Assembly (NCBI GenBank): GCA_036172245.1
Contig: JAYWIR010000027.1
Span: forward strand, 1,550,001 to 1,614,000
Source: Raillietiella orientalis
Lineage: Eukaryota
DNA length: 64,000 nucleotides
Direction of reading: 5' to 3'
Shown here: piece after piece, positions 25,529 to 36,342 of the stretch
Layout: every line of letters begins with the position of its first letter
Position numbering within the stretch: position 1 is the stretch's first letter
The notes under the pieces: model-generated
What the model was told of the DNA's origin: nothing
What the model saw: the letters and a program-made list of their open reading frames with translations, nothing else
Database searches by the model: none
Program-made: the position numbers and the translations under genes

Positions 25529-27787
25529 CTGCAGGGTGAGAGAGAGTGGGCGCGGCTGCCGGCGGACCGAGGAAGGAAGGGAGAGAACCCCCGGGACTCA
25601 CCAGAAAAGATGACCAGGGCGATGAGCAGGGCGTATTCGGCATTGTCCACCTTCATCAGGCACATGTTCCTGCAGAAATGGAAGATGCCGTCCGTGGAGT
25701 CCACCAGACCGGCGGAATAGTAGCTGTCCCTCGTGTAGGGGTGGTTGTTGGCGAAGACGATGCTGTCCGTGTCGATGTCGTAGCAGCGCGCGGCCCGCAG
25801 GATCATCACCTCGCTGGAGCACGCCTACGGGAAGGCGGCGCGTGTATCCTGAGCACGGAGGCAGCACCAGCGGGACTCCTCACCTTCAGCAGGGTGATCT
25901 GGTCCTCCCTCTGCAGCGTGTCGAAGCCGGGCAGACGCTTGGAGAATTCCACGATCAGCTGCACAGTCAGAATGGTGATCTCCACGATCAGCCGAAAGTT
26001 CACGTCGTTCTCCTCCGCTTCCAGGGCAAATGTCTGCCAAGCAAGAAAATACGCAGATGTACAAGAGGAGGGTGAGGAGGAGGAAGGACATCGCAAAGAC
26101 AAAAAGGCAAAGAGAAGACTAAGGAGGAGGAGAGAGGAGGGCAGCACGAAGACGAAGACGCAAAGAGCACAAGACACGAAGAAGAGCAGGAAGCATACGA
26201 AGGAGAAGAAAAAAGGAAACGCATGAAAGGTCGTCCTTCCTACCATAATCTTCTTGATGTCTTCCTCGGAGGGATGTTCGAACTCTTCCTGGAAGTACAC
26301 CAGTCGGTTGATGAGCTCCTCCTGCTCGGGGCTCAGGTGCTTGACGACGATGTCCTTTTCCTGGGAGAAAGAGAGTACCACCATGAAAAAGGGAAAAGCG
26401 GGACGGACCCGCAGCCGGCCCCGAATAGCCCCAGGGGGCAGTCGTACCTCGCTCAGCTTGTCCACAAAGTCCTTATGTTCCGGGGAGCTACCCGTCGTCG
26501 AGTTGGGCTTGTCCTTTTCCTTCTGCGCCTTCTTTGCCTCCCGCTTCACCGCGCACTGGTACTCGGGGACTACACCTGGATGGTCGATCGTGAGTGCCCT
26601 CCCCGGGATGCCTAACCACTTCCCCCTTCCCCGGTCCCGCCGGGCCGCTTACATTCGGGCCTCATGCCGACCCCCAGGCACTTCTTGAGGCGGCACTCCT
26701 GGCACTTCCTGCGCATGTACATGTCGATGTCGCAGTTGTTCCCGTACTTGCATTGGTACACGGCATTCTTGGTGATACTCCTCCGGAAGAATCCTGCAGG
26801 AGGATGGAGGGGGGGGGGGAAGGTGAGCGGAGGAGGAGTGCGCGTGCGCATGTACCTTTGCAGCCCTCGCACGTCAGAGCGTTGTAGTGGTAGCCGGAGG
26901 CTCTGTCTCCGCAGACCAGGCACAGCTCTTCCTGCTGCCTGGGGGCCGGGCCCTTCTTCTTCTTGTTCTCGCCCGTCCACTCCCCGCAGTACCCGTTGAT
27001 GCTGTTCGAAGGGGAGAGGTCGTCGTGCCCTGCAATGACAACACGCCATAAGCGGCGGCGGTTGCCTGCCGGCGGAGAGCGCCGCCGGGTCGAACGGAAC
27101 GCGGCGAGTCGGCACGCGGGCGGATGCCCTCGGGGCACGCGGGCGGATGCCCTCGGGGCACGCGAGCTCCCAGGGGCGAGCGCGCTCCGCGGCGCCGCGC
27201 GGGCGAGCGGAGAGCAGGGGAGGCCCTCGGAGCCTCGACGGCCAAGAGGAAAGAAAATCCCCCCCCCTCTCTCCCCACCCACCCCTCCACCTGGCGGACG
27301 CCGGGATCGCACCTCACTGAAGCCAACGGCGTTTCACTGCGCGGACGGGGCGGACGGGTTGGGATGGGAAGAGGGAGGGGGGCAGGCAGCTCGCGTCCGG
27401 CTGCCGCCTTCCCCGCCCATCCACCCATCAAGGGCGGGGGGACCGGCACTGACCTGATCCCAGGGAGTTACTATGGTAGCCGGCGGCGGGAGCGGTCCCG
27501 ATCGCAGGTGGAAAGTGCAGGTGGTGGTGATGGTGGTGGTGGTGGTGGTGGTGATGGCCGGGCCCAAAGGGGCTGTCGGCGCTGCCGCTGTTGTGGGAGT
27601 TGAGGTCCAGGTCCCAGAATTCCAGATCCACTTCGTTGATCTCGGAGGACTCGAGGCTGGGCACGGGGCTGACGCTGACCACGCCCGTGGACCTGGAGAA
27701 CTGGTTCCCGGACACGGGGATCAGCGGGCTGAGCACCACGGATGAGGAGGAGCTGACTTCGGGGGAACTCTCGTCCCCCATGGTCAT
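25287..27787 (-). CDS. EcR: Ecdysone receptor isoform B1 (spliced; 8 coding exons: 27787-27454, 27029-26856, 26793-26653, 26575-26448, 26360-26244, 26033-25884, 25824-25602, 25528-25287; 1509 nt, 502 aa)
   Basis: Joined exons give one open frame with the C4 zinc-finger DBD ([28 protein letters not shown]...[12 protein letters not shown]), T/A-box (MRPECVVPEYQC) and LBD ending in AF-2 ([13 protein letters not shown]). Every junction is GT-AG and phase-consistent. Confidence 0.95.
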
Positions 27788-30700
27788 CTTAGGGGCTGGG
27801 CGTCGCGGCGGAGGGCGGCCGGGTTCGCCTCACCCCCACCCCAGCAGGCCGAGGAACTGGACGGAGGGCGGGCGCGCGGCAGGTCCACCGTCTCACTCGC
27901 GCGCAAGGGGCGCCCGGGAGAGTGGTGGGCGCCGCCGCAAGCGGGGGCTCCTTCCCAAGGAGGACCCGGGAGGAGGGGCGGGCCCGAAAGGAAGGGAGCG
28001 AGCCGAGGATGAGGGAGGGGGCGGGCGGAACCCCCCCCTCAAAACAAAAACAAAAAAAGAGAGAGAGAGAGGGAAAACCCGAGGGCTGCTGCTGCTGCTG
28101 CGGAGAAAAAGAGGGGCTCCCCTCAAGGTCGCATGGCAACTGCCTCTCGCCTGCTTCTTTTCCCCTCTTCCTTGTTCCTTCCGCCCGTTCCTGTGTCGCG
28201 CGGCGCACCGGCCGCCACCACTACCACTGCGGGGGGAGGGGAAAGGGGTCGCTGTTGTTGTTGCCACCACGCCGCACGGGAAGGGCGAGAAAGGCCACTG
28301 AGGGATGGGAAGGGGGGTTGGAGTGCACTTTTGTGCGCGCCCCTTTGGAGGACTGCAGGCTCTTCCGCTTGTCCTCTCGGGCGGGGAGGGGATTCGGGAC
28401 GGGGCGGGTGGGCAAGGGCAAGCTCGGCTGCTGCTACTGCTGCTGCTGCTTCCCGCCGGCCGCAGAAAACACACGCGAACGCACGCACGCACGCTCGCAA
28501 GGGCGGACGGACGCACCACCAAGAGGACGCGCCGGTCGCTCAACACGACGAGACCGGCGTCGCGGGCGCGGAATCCGAAAGTCCCGGAGATGCTCGCGCG
28601 GAGGCCCGAGCGTTGCGACAAGCGCGGCCGGTGACGTCACGGAGGTCTGTGCCCTGCCCGCGCTCTCCTCCGCTTCCCCGCGCGCCTCTCGTTATCTCCC
28701 GCGCTCCCCGAGGCGGAGGGGGAGCGGAACGACGCAGAGGGAACGGAGAGAGAGGGGGGAGGGGGAGGGGGGAGCGCAAAAGGCCCCGAGGGCGAGACGG
28801 CGAAAGTTTGGCGTCTCCTCTCCGGCGCCCCAAGGCGATACATCGCTCCGGGCGCGGACGCGCTCGCTCGCGGGTGAGCGAGCGCGCGCGCGCGCTGCGG
28901 CAGCACGGGAAAAGGTGATGGGGGGAAGGGGGTAGGCTAGGGAGGAAGGTGGGAAAGCGAAAGTCCTCCCTCTTCCCTCCCCCAAGAAACCTCCCAGGGA
29001 AAGTCAAGGGAGAGGAAGCAGAAGCGACGCGGGGGGGAGGAGGGGGGAAAGGGAGAAACGGAAGAGCCCTGCAAACTGGGGCTGCTGCTGACCACGAAGG
29101 CGGCTATGATGGGTCGCGCGCTATCCGACAAGAGGGCACGGAGGAACTGGACGAGCCCTGCCGCAGCACTAGCTGTAGAGGTAGCAGAGCAACGGGGGGG
29201 AGGAGGCAGAAGAAGGGCAACCGTAGGGACTGTAGCTGGGCAAAAGGAGGGCTAGAAGAAGGGCAATAGAAGGGACATTGGTAGAGGCAATAGTAGGGCT
29301 GTAGTAGGGGCAGTAGCAGGGCGGTGGTAGGGGTGAGAGCAGCGGAGGTAGCATGACGAGGAGCAGAGCAGGGGACAGCTCCGCGCCCGTTCTCCCGTGA
29401 CAGCAGCGCGCCCTCGCCCGGTCGGCCGTCTCTGCGGCTGCGGCGTCCTTGAACGCGGCACGGCTTCCGGACGCACCTGCGGGCGCCGCATCACCGCGCG
29501 ACCGAGCCTCCTCGTGCACTTGTCGCCCGGAGACGGGGAGAGCGGGTCTAATGGCTACGCCGCCCGCCTCCGGGACCCGCTCGCCACCGGAAGCCACCGT
29601 CCTCGCCCTCGTCTCCCCCCCCTCCTTTAGTGTTTCCCCTTCCTCACGCAGCTCGCCCCCTCTAGCAGTCCGCCTCTTCCTGCGCCTGGCGCCGCGGAGA
29701 AGGGAGGCAGGAAAAGGCCGCTCCCCGTCTCTCTCCTGTCCCCAGGAGGAGATGGGGAGGCGGTTGGTTACGTCACTCAAGCCAGCAGACCTTCCAGGGG
29801 ACGTTCTCGGGGGAAGGGGGGCTGCAGACAAAGCGACCATCAGATGAGCGGTCGCTCGCGCGGCACTCCTCCCGGGCGAAGGGCGGCGGAGGTCACGGGC
29901 GCTCGCGCGTGCAACGCGCCCCCTCCCCTCGTCCCTCTCACGAAAAGGAAGGGGGGAGGGGAGGGCGAGACGAGCGCGGGCGAACGTGTCCGCGCGCGAG
30001 GTCTTGCGACGACCGCCGCCGGCTGCTCGCCTTCGCCTTCAGGCGTTTGCATCGCCGCCGCCCTTTTGCTGCCGATGGCGCGAGCAACAGGGCGGCGCAA
30101 CCTGGGAAGTGGTGGCCGGCGCCCTCCACCCTGCCTCCCGGATGCCCGTCCAGTCGGAGGAATCGCTCGACGCAGCAGCTGCCCACCTTTTTCGCGCTAC
30201 CCATCTCCCGTGTGGAGAGAACCGAAGTCCGGGAAGGGGACCTACGACGCGGGGAGGTGGAGGAGAAGAAGAGGGGGGAGGGAGGGCGGACGCGGAAGAA
30301 GTGCCATCTGCCGGCGATCCAACGCAGCAGGCGGCACACCGTTTTCGTCCTCCTCGTCCTTCCGACGGCGTTCCTTGCGGCCTGTGCAAACGGACGGGAG
30401 GGGAGGGCGGGAGGGCGAGCGAAAAGGAGAACGTCCGAGGTCGCAGGTGCCCGCGCCACACCGCTCACCTCCCCCCGCTTCTTCCCAACATTCGGGAGCG
30501 GCGTAAGCGCAGTGCTCCGCCGCCCTGCGAGCCTCCGCCATCTGTTGGCGGAGCGGCACAAACTCGCGCGCGGCGGCGGACGCGCGCGCGCGCCACCGCC
30601 GCTCGAAAAGCGACCCCGAAAGCGAGGGATCCACCTCGCGGAATAGGGGGCACATGCCGCGAGGCCACGTCCATTTCGCCACACAGCGGAGGAGAGCGAC

Positions 30701-33700
30701 GGGAAGCAAAGAGGAAAGAAAACACGCCCCCGCACGTGAGGAAAGCAGGAAATATACACATATACATACGAGGTCCCGAGGCCGTACCCAACGAAAGTAA
30801 CTTTCTCCCGAAATGGGGTGCACCGTCTTGCCGACTCACTTTCGCACGCACGGCGGGCGGGCCCGGGAACGCGACCGTTGAGCGAGCGGAGCAGACCCAG
30901 ACGCACGTGCCACTTTCGCAAGTCGGTGGCGGCGGCTGCTCGCTGATGGCTTTTCGGACCCACTCTCGGAGAGCCACGCAAGCCCTCAACAACCCTCTAC
31001 CCCCCCCCTCCCCCCACGCTCTCGCTCTCTGCCTCGCTTTGGGCGAAATGTCTCCGACGCACGGCGTTCCGCACTCACGGAGCGTCCCTCCTCCTCCTCG
31101 AGCACTCAGCTTTCGCAGGCACTTCAGAGATGGAGTAGCCGTTAACAACGAGCCGCGCAACGGAGACGTGCGGATGCGATGATCGCTGACCTGCTCGCTA
31201 ACTTTGACACGACGGCAACACACACACAAAAAAAAGACACAGGAAGAGAGAGAGGAGGAAAGAGAAAATTCCGACTACATCATGGGACTCTCCCTTAATT
31301 GCGTCGCACTAAGAGGAGCTTCCTTGAGCCACCTGTCGCAACCTGGTCCCGGAGGTGGGTTTCAAGGAGAGCGCGCGCTGGCGACGAACGGGTGGCGCAC
31401 TGCAGAGGATACCCCCCCCCCTCCCCGGTGGCTTGGAAACCACCACCACCACCCCGGCGCACGGTATGGACCCGCCGACAAGCGTGGGAACAAGCGGAGA
31501 AGGGGTGGGCGCACGCAGCAGTCCGTGCAAAAGAGGAACGGCTTGTTCGCATCCTTGATGGTAAAAAAAGAAAAAAAAACAAAAACTTTTCACAATGTCC
31601 CCCCCCCTCCCCAAAAGAAGGCCAAAAAAAAAAAAAAAAGACTCACACGCGCACGCAAACAAACAAACGGACGATGACGTATGATCATCTCGACGGCCAT
31701 CTCCGACGCGATTCACTTTTTTTATATGTAAAAATCTTCACTTAAGAGGGCAGCACTTTAGCGGCGGCTGCCTGGAGGGACCGCGCGCGAATCTGCATGA
31801 GAAAGCGGAGGAATGGCCGCACGGTGCGCGCCGCAACTGCGGAAAAAGCGGGACGCCATCCATCAATCAAGGGCGCGCCATTGTTCCCCCCTCGAAAGGG
31901 AGAGCAGCAGCAGCGGCAGCAGCAACCTTTTGCCTCTCGCGCGGGACGCAGGGATGCCAAGTGCCAGGAAAGGGCGCTGGGTAGGTGGCTCCGCAGCAGC
32001 GACCGATCGGGAGGCTTTCGAGCCGGGGGGCAGGTGCCTTCGAGGGAGGAGGAGGCGGCCCCAGGCCAGGTGAGGCCTTCTCTCACGGAGGGAACCCCCT
32101 TCCGCGCGTAGTGGCGCGGAGGAGCTCCCAGCCGAATTCTCTCTCCTCCGCGAGTGGCCCGAGGGCGCACTCGCTCGCTCGGGCTTCTACCGATCGGGGA
32201 GCGGCATCCACCTTCGCGAAAGGGCTGCCGCCCGCCTTTCTCGCCCGTCCGGGCCCCTGAGGACGTCACCGCGCGGCCCACCTGATTTACAGCCTCCGAG
32301 GTACTCGTCTCCGAGTTATTTCTGCCTCGTTAATAAATCAAACTCGAGAGCGATCCTAATAATAGGCAGCGGGGTGGCGAGTGACCACGCGAATCGTGGT
32401 TCGCGGATGCAGGGGAGAAAAGGGGGGGAGAAGGGGAGGGAAAAAAAAAAAAACCTTTTCGCGTCCGCCGCGCCCCTTCCGAAACGCCTCCGCGCACGAT
32501 TTCGGCCTTTACGCTGGGCGGGTCCTTGCGTGTCCTAGTGCGCCAGCAGGCAGGCAGAGAGAGAGGGGGGGGGGAGGACTGGAGGGAAATCCTCTTCCAG
32601 GAGACGTGGGGAATCCCGGACGCGGAAGCACACACGATCCGGGACGCCACCTTCGCGACATCTGACGAGTCGATCGTTCGAAAATTACCGCCGGCTTTGG
32701 AGAGGGAGGAGGAGTGGGATCCGGGGCTGCTGTTGCTGCGGCTCATCTGCTTGTTCTCGAGTGACGGCAAAGCGGCGTCGGGAGTTTCCCCCGCCCGCTG
32801 CGGGCGCGACCCCTGCCGTGGCGTGGCGCGCGCTTCTAAGAACATTCCTCAGCGCTTCCAGGCAGGGGAGGAGGCGAACCCGGAAAGCGAACGCATGGGG
32901 ACCCGGCGGAGGCCGGCAGCGGTGCCAAGCGCCGCCGATTCCTCGGGGGAACGTTCCGGGCATGGACCGCCAGCCGGGTGCGACCTACGGGCGGGTAGGA
33001 GAGAAGACGTCCGCAGGGACGGCGGGAACGCGAGTCCGCGCGGGGTCGCCTCCTGGCGGTGCCTGCCGCAAAGGCGAGGAGGACCCACGTCGTTTGCGCA
33101 CGGAGCGAGATGAGGGCCGCGGACGGGCCCTCCTTCCCCCAGCTGCAAGGAGGGAGGGTCCCGTCAGGCGTGCCGGCACAGCGCCCAGGTGCGCCACCAC
33201 GAGGACGCCAGTTCGACGGCAGCTGCCGCGCAGAAGCCAAGAAGGGCGGCGGAGGGGAGTGGGGGTGGGGAGACCCGGAGGCGACCCGGTCATGGGAAAC
33301 TCGATGGAAATCGGGGGCGCTCAGCAGCTGCGCAGGCGACTCCTCGCGGGCACGCAGCAACGCTCGAAGGGTTCCGAGGCGCGGAGGAAAAGGAGGGAAA
33401 GGGGGGGGAGTAGGAAAGACACCGGGAGAGAAGTTGGCGGCGGAGGAAGAGGGAGAGGTAGGAGCGACCGAGAGAATACTGAACAGGTACACCTCCCTCT
33501 CATCCATCCATGCCGACCGCTCTCGGGAGGGGAAATCCCGCGCGTGTCCCGAGAGCATCCGACGCGCGGTCCATCGCCAGAAGCGCCCGCTGGCAGCTCG
33601 TGGCGCCGGAGCCGCCCCAAACGCCACGTGCATAGCATTTCCGTCGGGTGTTCCATCGTGAGCCAAGAACCCTGGTGATCCACCCGGCAGACCCTCTTCC

Positions 33701-36144
33701 AGCGTCTCGGAAATGCCTCGGGCTGCCCTTCCTGCGAGCGCGATCGAGCCGCAGCGACTCCTCTCAATCCACTCCGCCGGGCAGAGCGCGAGCCCAGAAG
33801 GGGCCTACGGACCGCGGCGTGGCGCCCGGAGTCGCCGAAGCAGCGGAAGTTGGTCCTTGTCTATCGGGCGCTAGGAGACGGCGGGGAACCAGAAAAGGGC
33901 CTCTCCAAGGAAACAGCCCTTTCAAGGGAAAGGGGGAAAGGAAAGACGAACTTCCCTCCCGATTCGGCCTTTGAACCTTCTGCGACGATCTGACCCCTTC
34001 CCCGCTGGCGGGGATTGCGTTTCCTTGGAAACACGGATGGGCAGACGAATCAAGGACGGGAATGGGGGTGGACGGACACGTGGCCCATACACGTTTCTCT
34101 CTGGCCATAAGTCCCCCAAGCCAAGGACGGGGTGATGCCAGAGCCTTTCGCGACCGACCGAGGCGCCCTTGGAGCCACGCCGAGCGCCCATCCACACACG
34201 CTCTTCCTTCGGCTTGCGGCCGGTTTCCACCGCTAGATGGTACGCGCGGGCCGGTCGAAGAGGCGAGGACGCAAAGCCGGGAATGCCGAGTCCGCTCGCG
34301 CCCCACTCTCCCGTGTTCCCGGGAGCGAAGGGGGAAACGGAAGGAGGGAGGGAAACAGTGGAGAGATTCAAGCGTCCGCGGGGCTTACGCGAGTGCCCGT
34401 CGGAACGATCCCACGCGGGCGTGCCGAGTCCCTCGTTCACACGCGGCACCGAGCGGGAAGGAAGAAATCCGACACGTCCGCCATGTGCCTCCCAAGTACT
34501 CCCGGCCACTCTCCTTCCCGAACGGCCATCTCCGTTACAACTGTCAGAACTCGAAAGGAACACCTTCGCGGGGGAGGGGGGATAGCGAAGGGGGAGGAGG
34601 GGAAGGGAGGAGAAAGATGAAAGGAGGAGGAGGAGGAGGAAGAGGAAAAGGAAGGGAGGACGAATGAAGGAGGAAGAAGAGGAGGTGGAGCAGGGAAAAG
34701 AAGGAACAAGAGGAGAAGGACGCGTGTGACCGAGCCGGTGCAGCTACTTGAGAGCCTTCAGAGCAACTTCAAGAATCGTCTTCGACGGTGCACCCACGGT
34801 GCATCCGGCGCCAGTGCCTCGCGCCATTCAGTCCGGGAGATCAGGGACTCTCCTGGACCTCGCAGGAGGACACTTTGCAACACCTCGGATGAGGTTGGCC
34901 CGCCACCTGCGCGTCCGGAGGCTGATCACAGGGAGGCGCGCGCGCGAGTCGACGACGAACACCCCCGCTCTTCGGGTGTGACGACTCCTGGGAAAGAATA
35001 ATGGATGGCTGCAAAGGAAGCCGCGGATAAAAATAACCGCACCATCGGGAAGGAGCTCTCAGGTGCGCAGCAACGAGCCTCGGGGATCGCTCGCTTCCCT
35101 CCCCCGCGCCCCTCTTTTGCCTCGAGCACGCCCCCCCCGCGATCTCCTCATCCCTCGTTCTCGGTCCATCTCTGGGGGACGACAGGTGGTCCGCCCTTGT
35201 CTGTCCAGGGAAACCGAGGAGCGGGCGGGAGGGACGCTCCCTGACGCCTATGCTGTTCCCGCAGGAGGCCCCTCGTCGGGAGCGACCGGCCCGCGAGCAG
35301 GCGGTGCCGCTTCCCCGGAGGAGCGAAGGTGGCGGCGAGAGGATCCCCGCCGCTGGAACTCGGCGCCATCTTCTGCTCCGAATCCGCGAACAAAGAGCAA
35401 AAAAAAAAAAAAAAAGCCCTTTCTTCCCTCACCCCCCTCCCCCTCCGTGCGCGCCCAATAAAAACGGGTCACGGGGAAGACAAAAGCAGCAGCATCATCA
35501 GCAGCAGCAGCCTGGGGTCACGAGCGGCGTGCAGCGGAGGAAGAGCCGTCGGGACACTGCCGGATGGGTAGCAGAGCTCGGGGCGCCTCGGGGGTCGAGG
35601 GGAAGTCGCCGAGGAGGTGCTCCCGCCCTCCGCCGCCGCGACAGTGACCGACGCAGGGGCGACCTGCCCATCCCCTCGCCCCCCACCTCCTTCCCTCCCC
35701 TGCCGTCACTCGCACCCAGCATGCATGCCTACCTTCTCTTCCAAGAGGGCCATAGGGCTCGTAGCTATTGTTGGACAAAGGCGAGAATCCGTTGGAAAGC
35801 AGGGAGTTGGCCATGCCCGACATGCCCGCGAAGTGCCCGCTGCTGAGGGAGCCCCCGGGCGAGGGCGGGTTGGACTCGAACGAGGCGTGGGAGGCCTGGC
35901 CAGGGGAGGACAGGTGCTCCAGGTCCGGCTGGTGGATCCGGGTCCTTTTCGGGGATGTGTACAGGGAGGCGTGCCTGTCGGCGCCCACGATGGCGCCCGA
36001 AGAGTCGGTGCTGGGTTCGGTCTTGATCGCCATCAGACTGATTGGTGCGAAGTGACTAGACGAGAGGGAGGCTGCGGAGACCTTCTCAGACGGCTCCAGT
36101 TTGGGTGACGCAAGCGACGTGGACCTCGGAGGCAGGCGGCACAT
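25287..36144 (-). CDS. EcR: Ecdysone receptor isoform A (A-specific exon 36144-35733 spliced to the common exons from 27029; 528 aa from ATG 36144, or 491 aa from ATG 36033)
   Basis: The A-exon peptide has IKTEP (SUMO consensus), SPKRTR (NLS-like), LSSPG and the A-box-like [16 protein letters not shown]. Its phase-1 donor GAAG|gtaggc matches the phase of the common acceptor at 27029. Start codon uncertain. Confidence 0.85.
25602..25824 (-). CDS. EcR: EcR common exon (LBD helix 5 to helix 8)
   Basis: Acceptor cgtag|GCG, donor TCTG|gtgagt; encodes [16 protein letters not shown]...[17 protein letters not shown]. Confidence 0.96.
25884..26033 (-). CDS. EcR: EcR common exon (LBD helices 3-4)
   Basis: Acceptor ggcag|ACA, donor AAG|gtgagg; encodes ...[32 protein letters not shown]. 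Confidence 0.95.
26244..26360 (-). CDS. EcR: EcR common exon (end of hinge, LBD helix 1)
   Basis: Acceptor cccag|GAA, donor ATG|gtagga; encodes [39 protein letters not shown]. Confidence 0.93.
26448..26575 (-). CDS. EcR: EcR common exon (T/A box and hinge)
   Basis: Acceptor tccag|GT, donor GAG|gtacga; encodes [28 protein letters not shown]...KLSE. Confidence 0.92.
26653..26793 (-). CDS. EcR: EcR common exon (second zinc finger of the DBD)
   Basis: Acceptor ctgcag|GA, donor GAAT|gtaagc; encodes [47 protein letters not shown]. Confidence 0.97.
26856..27029 (-). CDS. EcR: EcR first common exon (common A/B region and first zinc finger)
   Basis: Acceptor ttgcag|GG, donor AAAG|gtacat; encodes [14 protein letters not shown]...[36 protein letters not shown]. 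Confidence 0.97.
27111..27164. repeat. 23-bp tandem repeat, about 2.3 copies, in the intron after the B1 exon
   Basis: GGCACGCGGGCGGATGCCCTCGG x2 plus a partial copy. Confidence 0.9.
27454..27787 (-). CDS. EcR: EcR-B1-specific N-terminal (A/B, AF-1) exon
   Basis: [16 protein letters not shown] (S-rich motif), [14 protein letters not shown] (B1 DL-rich motif), His12; phase-1 donor TCAG|gtcagt. Confidence 0.92.
28631..28640. promoter_or_regulatory. CRE/ATF palindrome upstream of the B1 exon
   Basis: GTGACGTCAC. Confidence 0.45.
35733..36144 (-). CDS. EcR: EcR-A-specific N-terminal coding exon portion
   Basis: Open frame with A-isoform motifs ([30 protein letters not shown]) ending at a phase-1 GT donor. 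Confidence 0.85.
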
Positions 36145-36310
36145 CACACCGCATCCTGGAGCGCCGGGACGGAGCGCGGTGGCGCCGCGAGCTTCGCCAT
36201 GTTTCGGTCCCACAGAGCACGCGATGGGTTGCGGGGGAGGAGGGCAGTGGAGCGGAGGACGGGGAGACACCACTCTTCCGGGGGGGTGGGCGGGGGGGAC
36301 TACTACTACT

Positions 36311-36342
<32 letters not shown>

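Noticed and set aside
25546..28301. Plus-strand ORFs overlapping the EcR exons
   Set aside because: Antisense shadows of GC3-rich coding sequence
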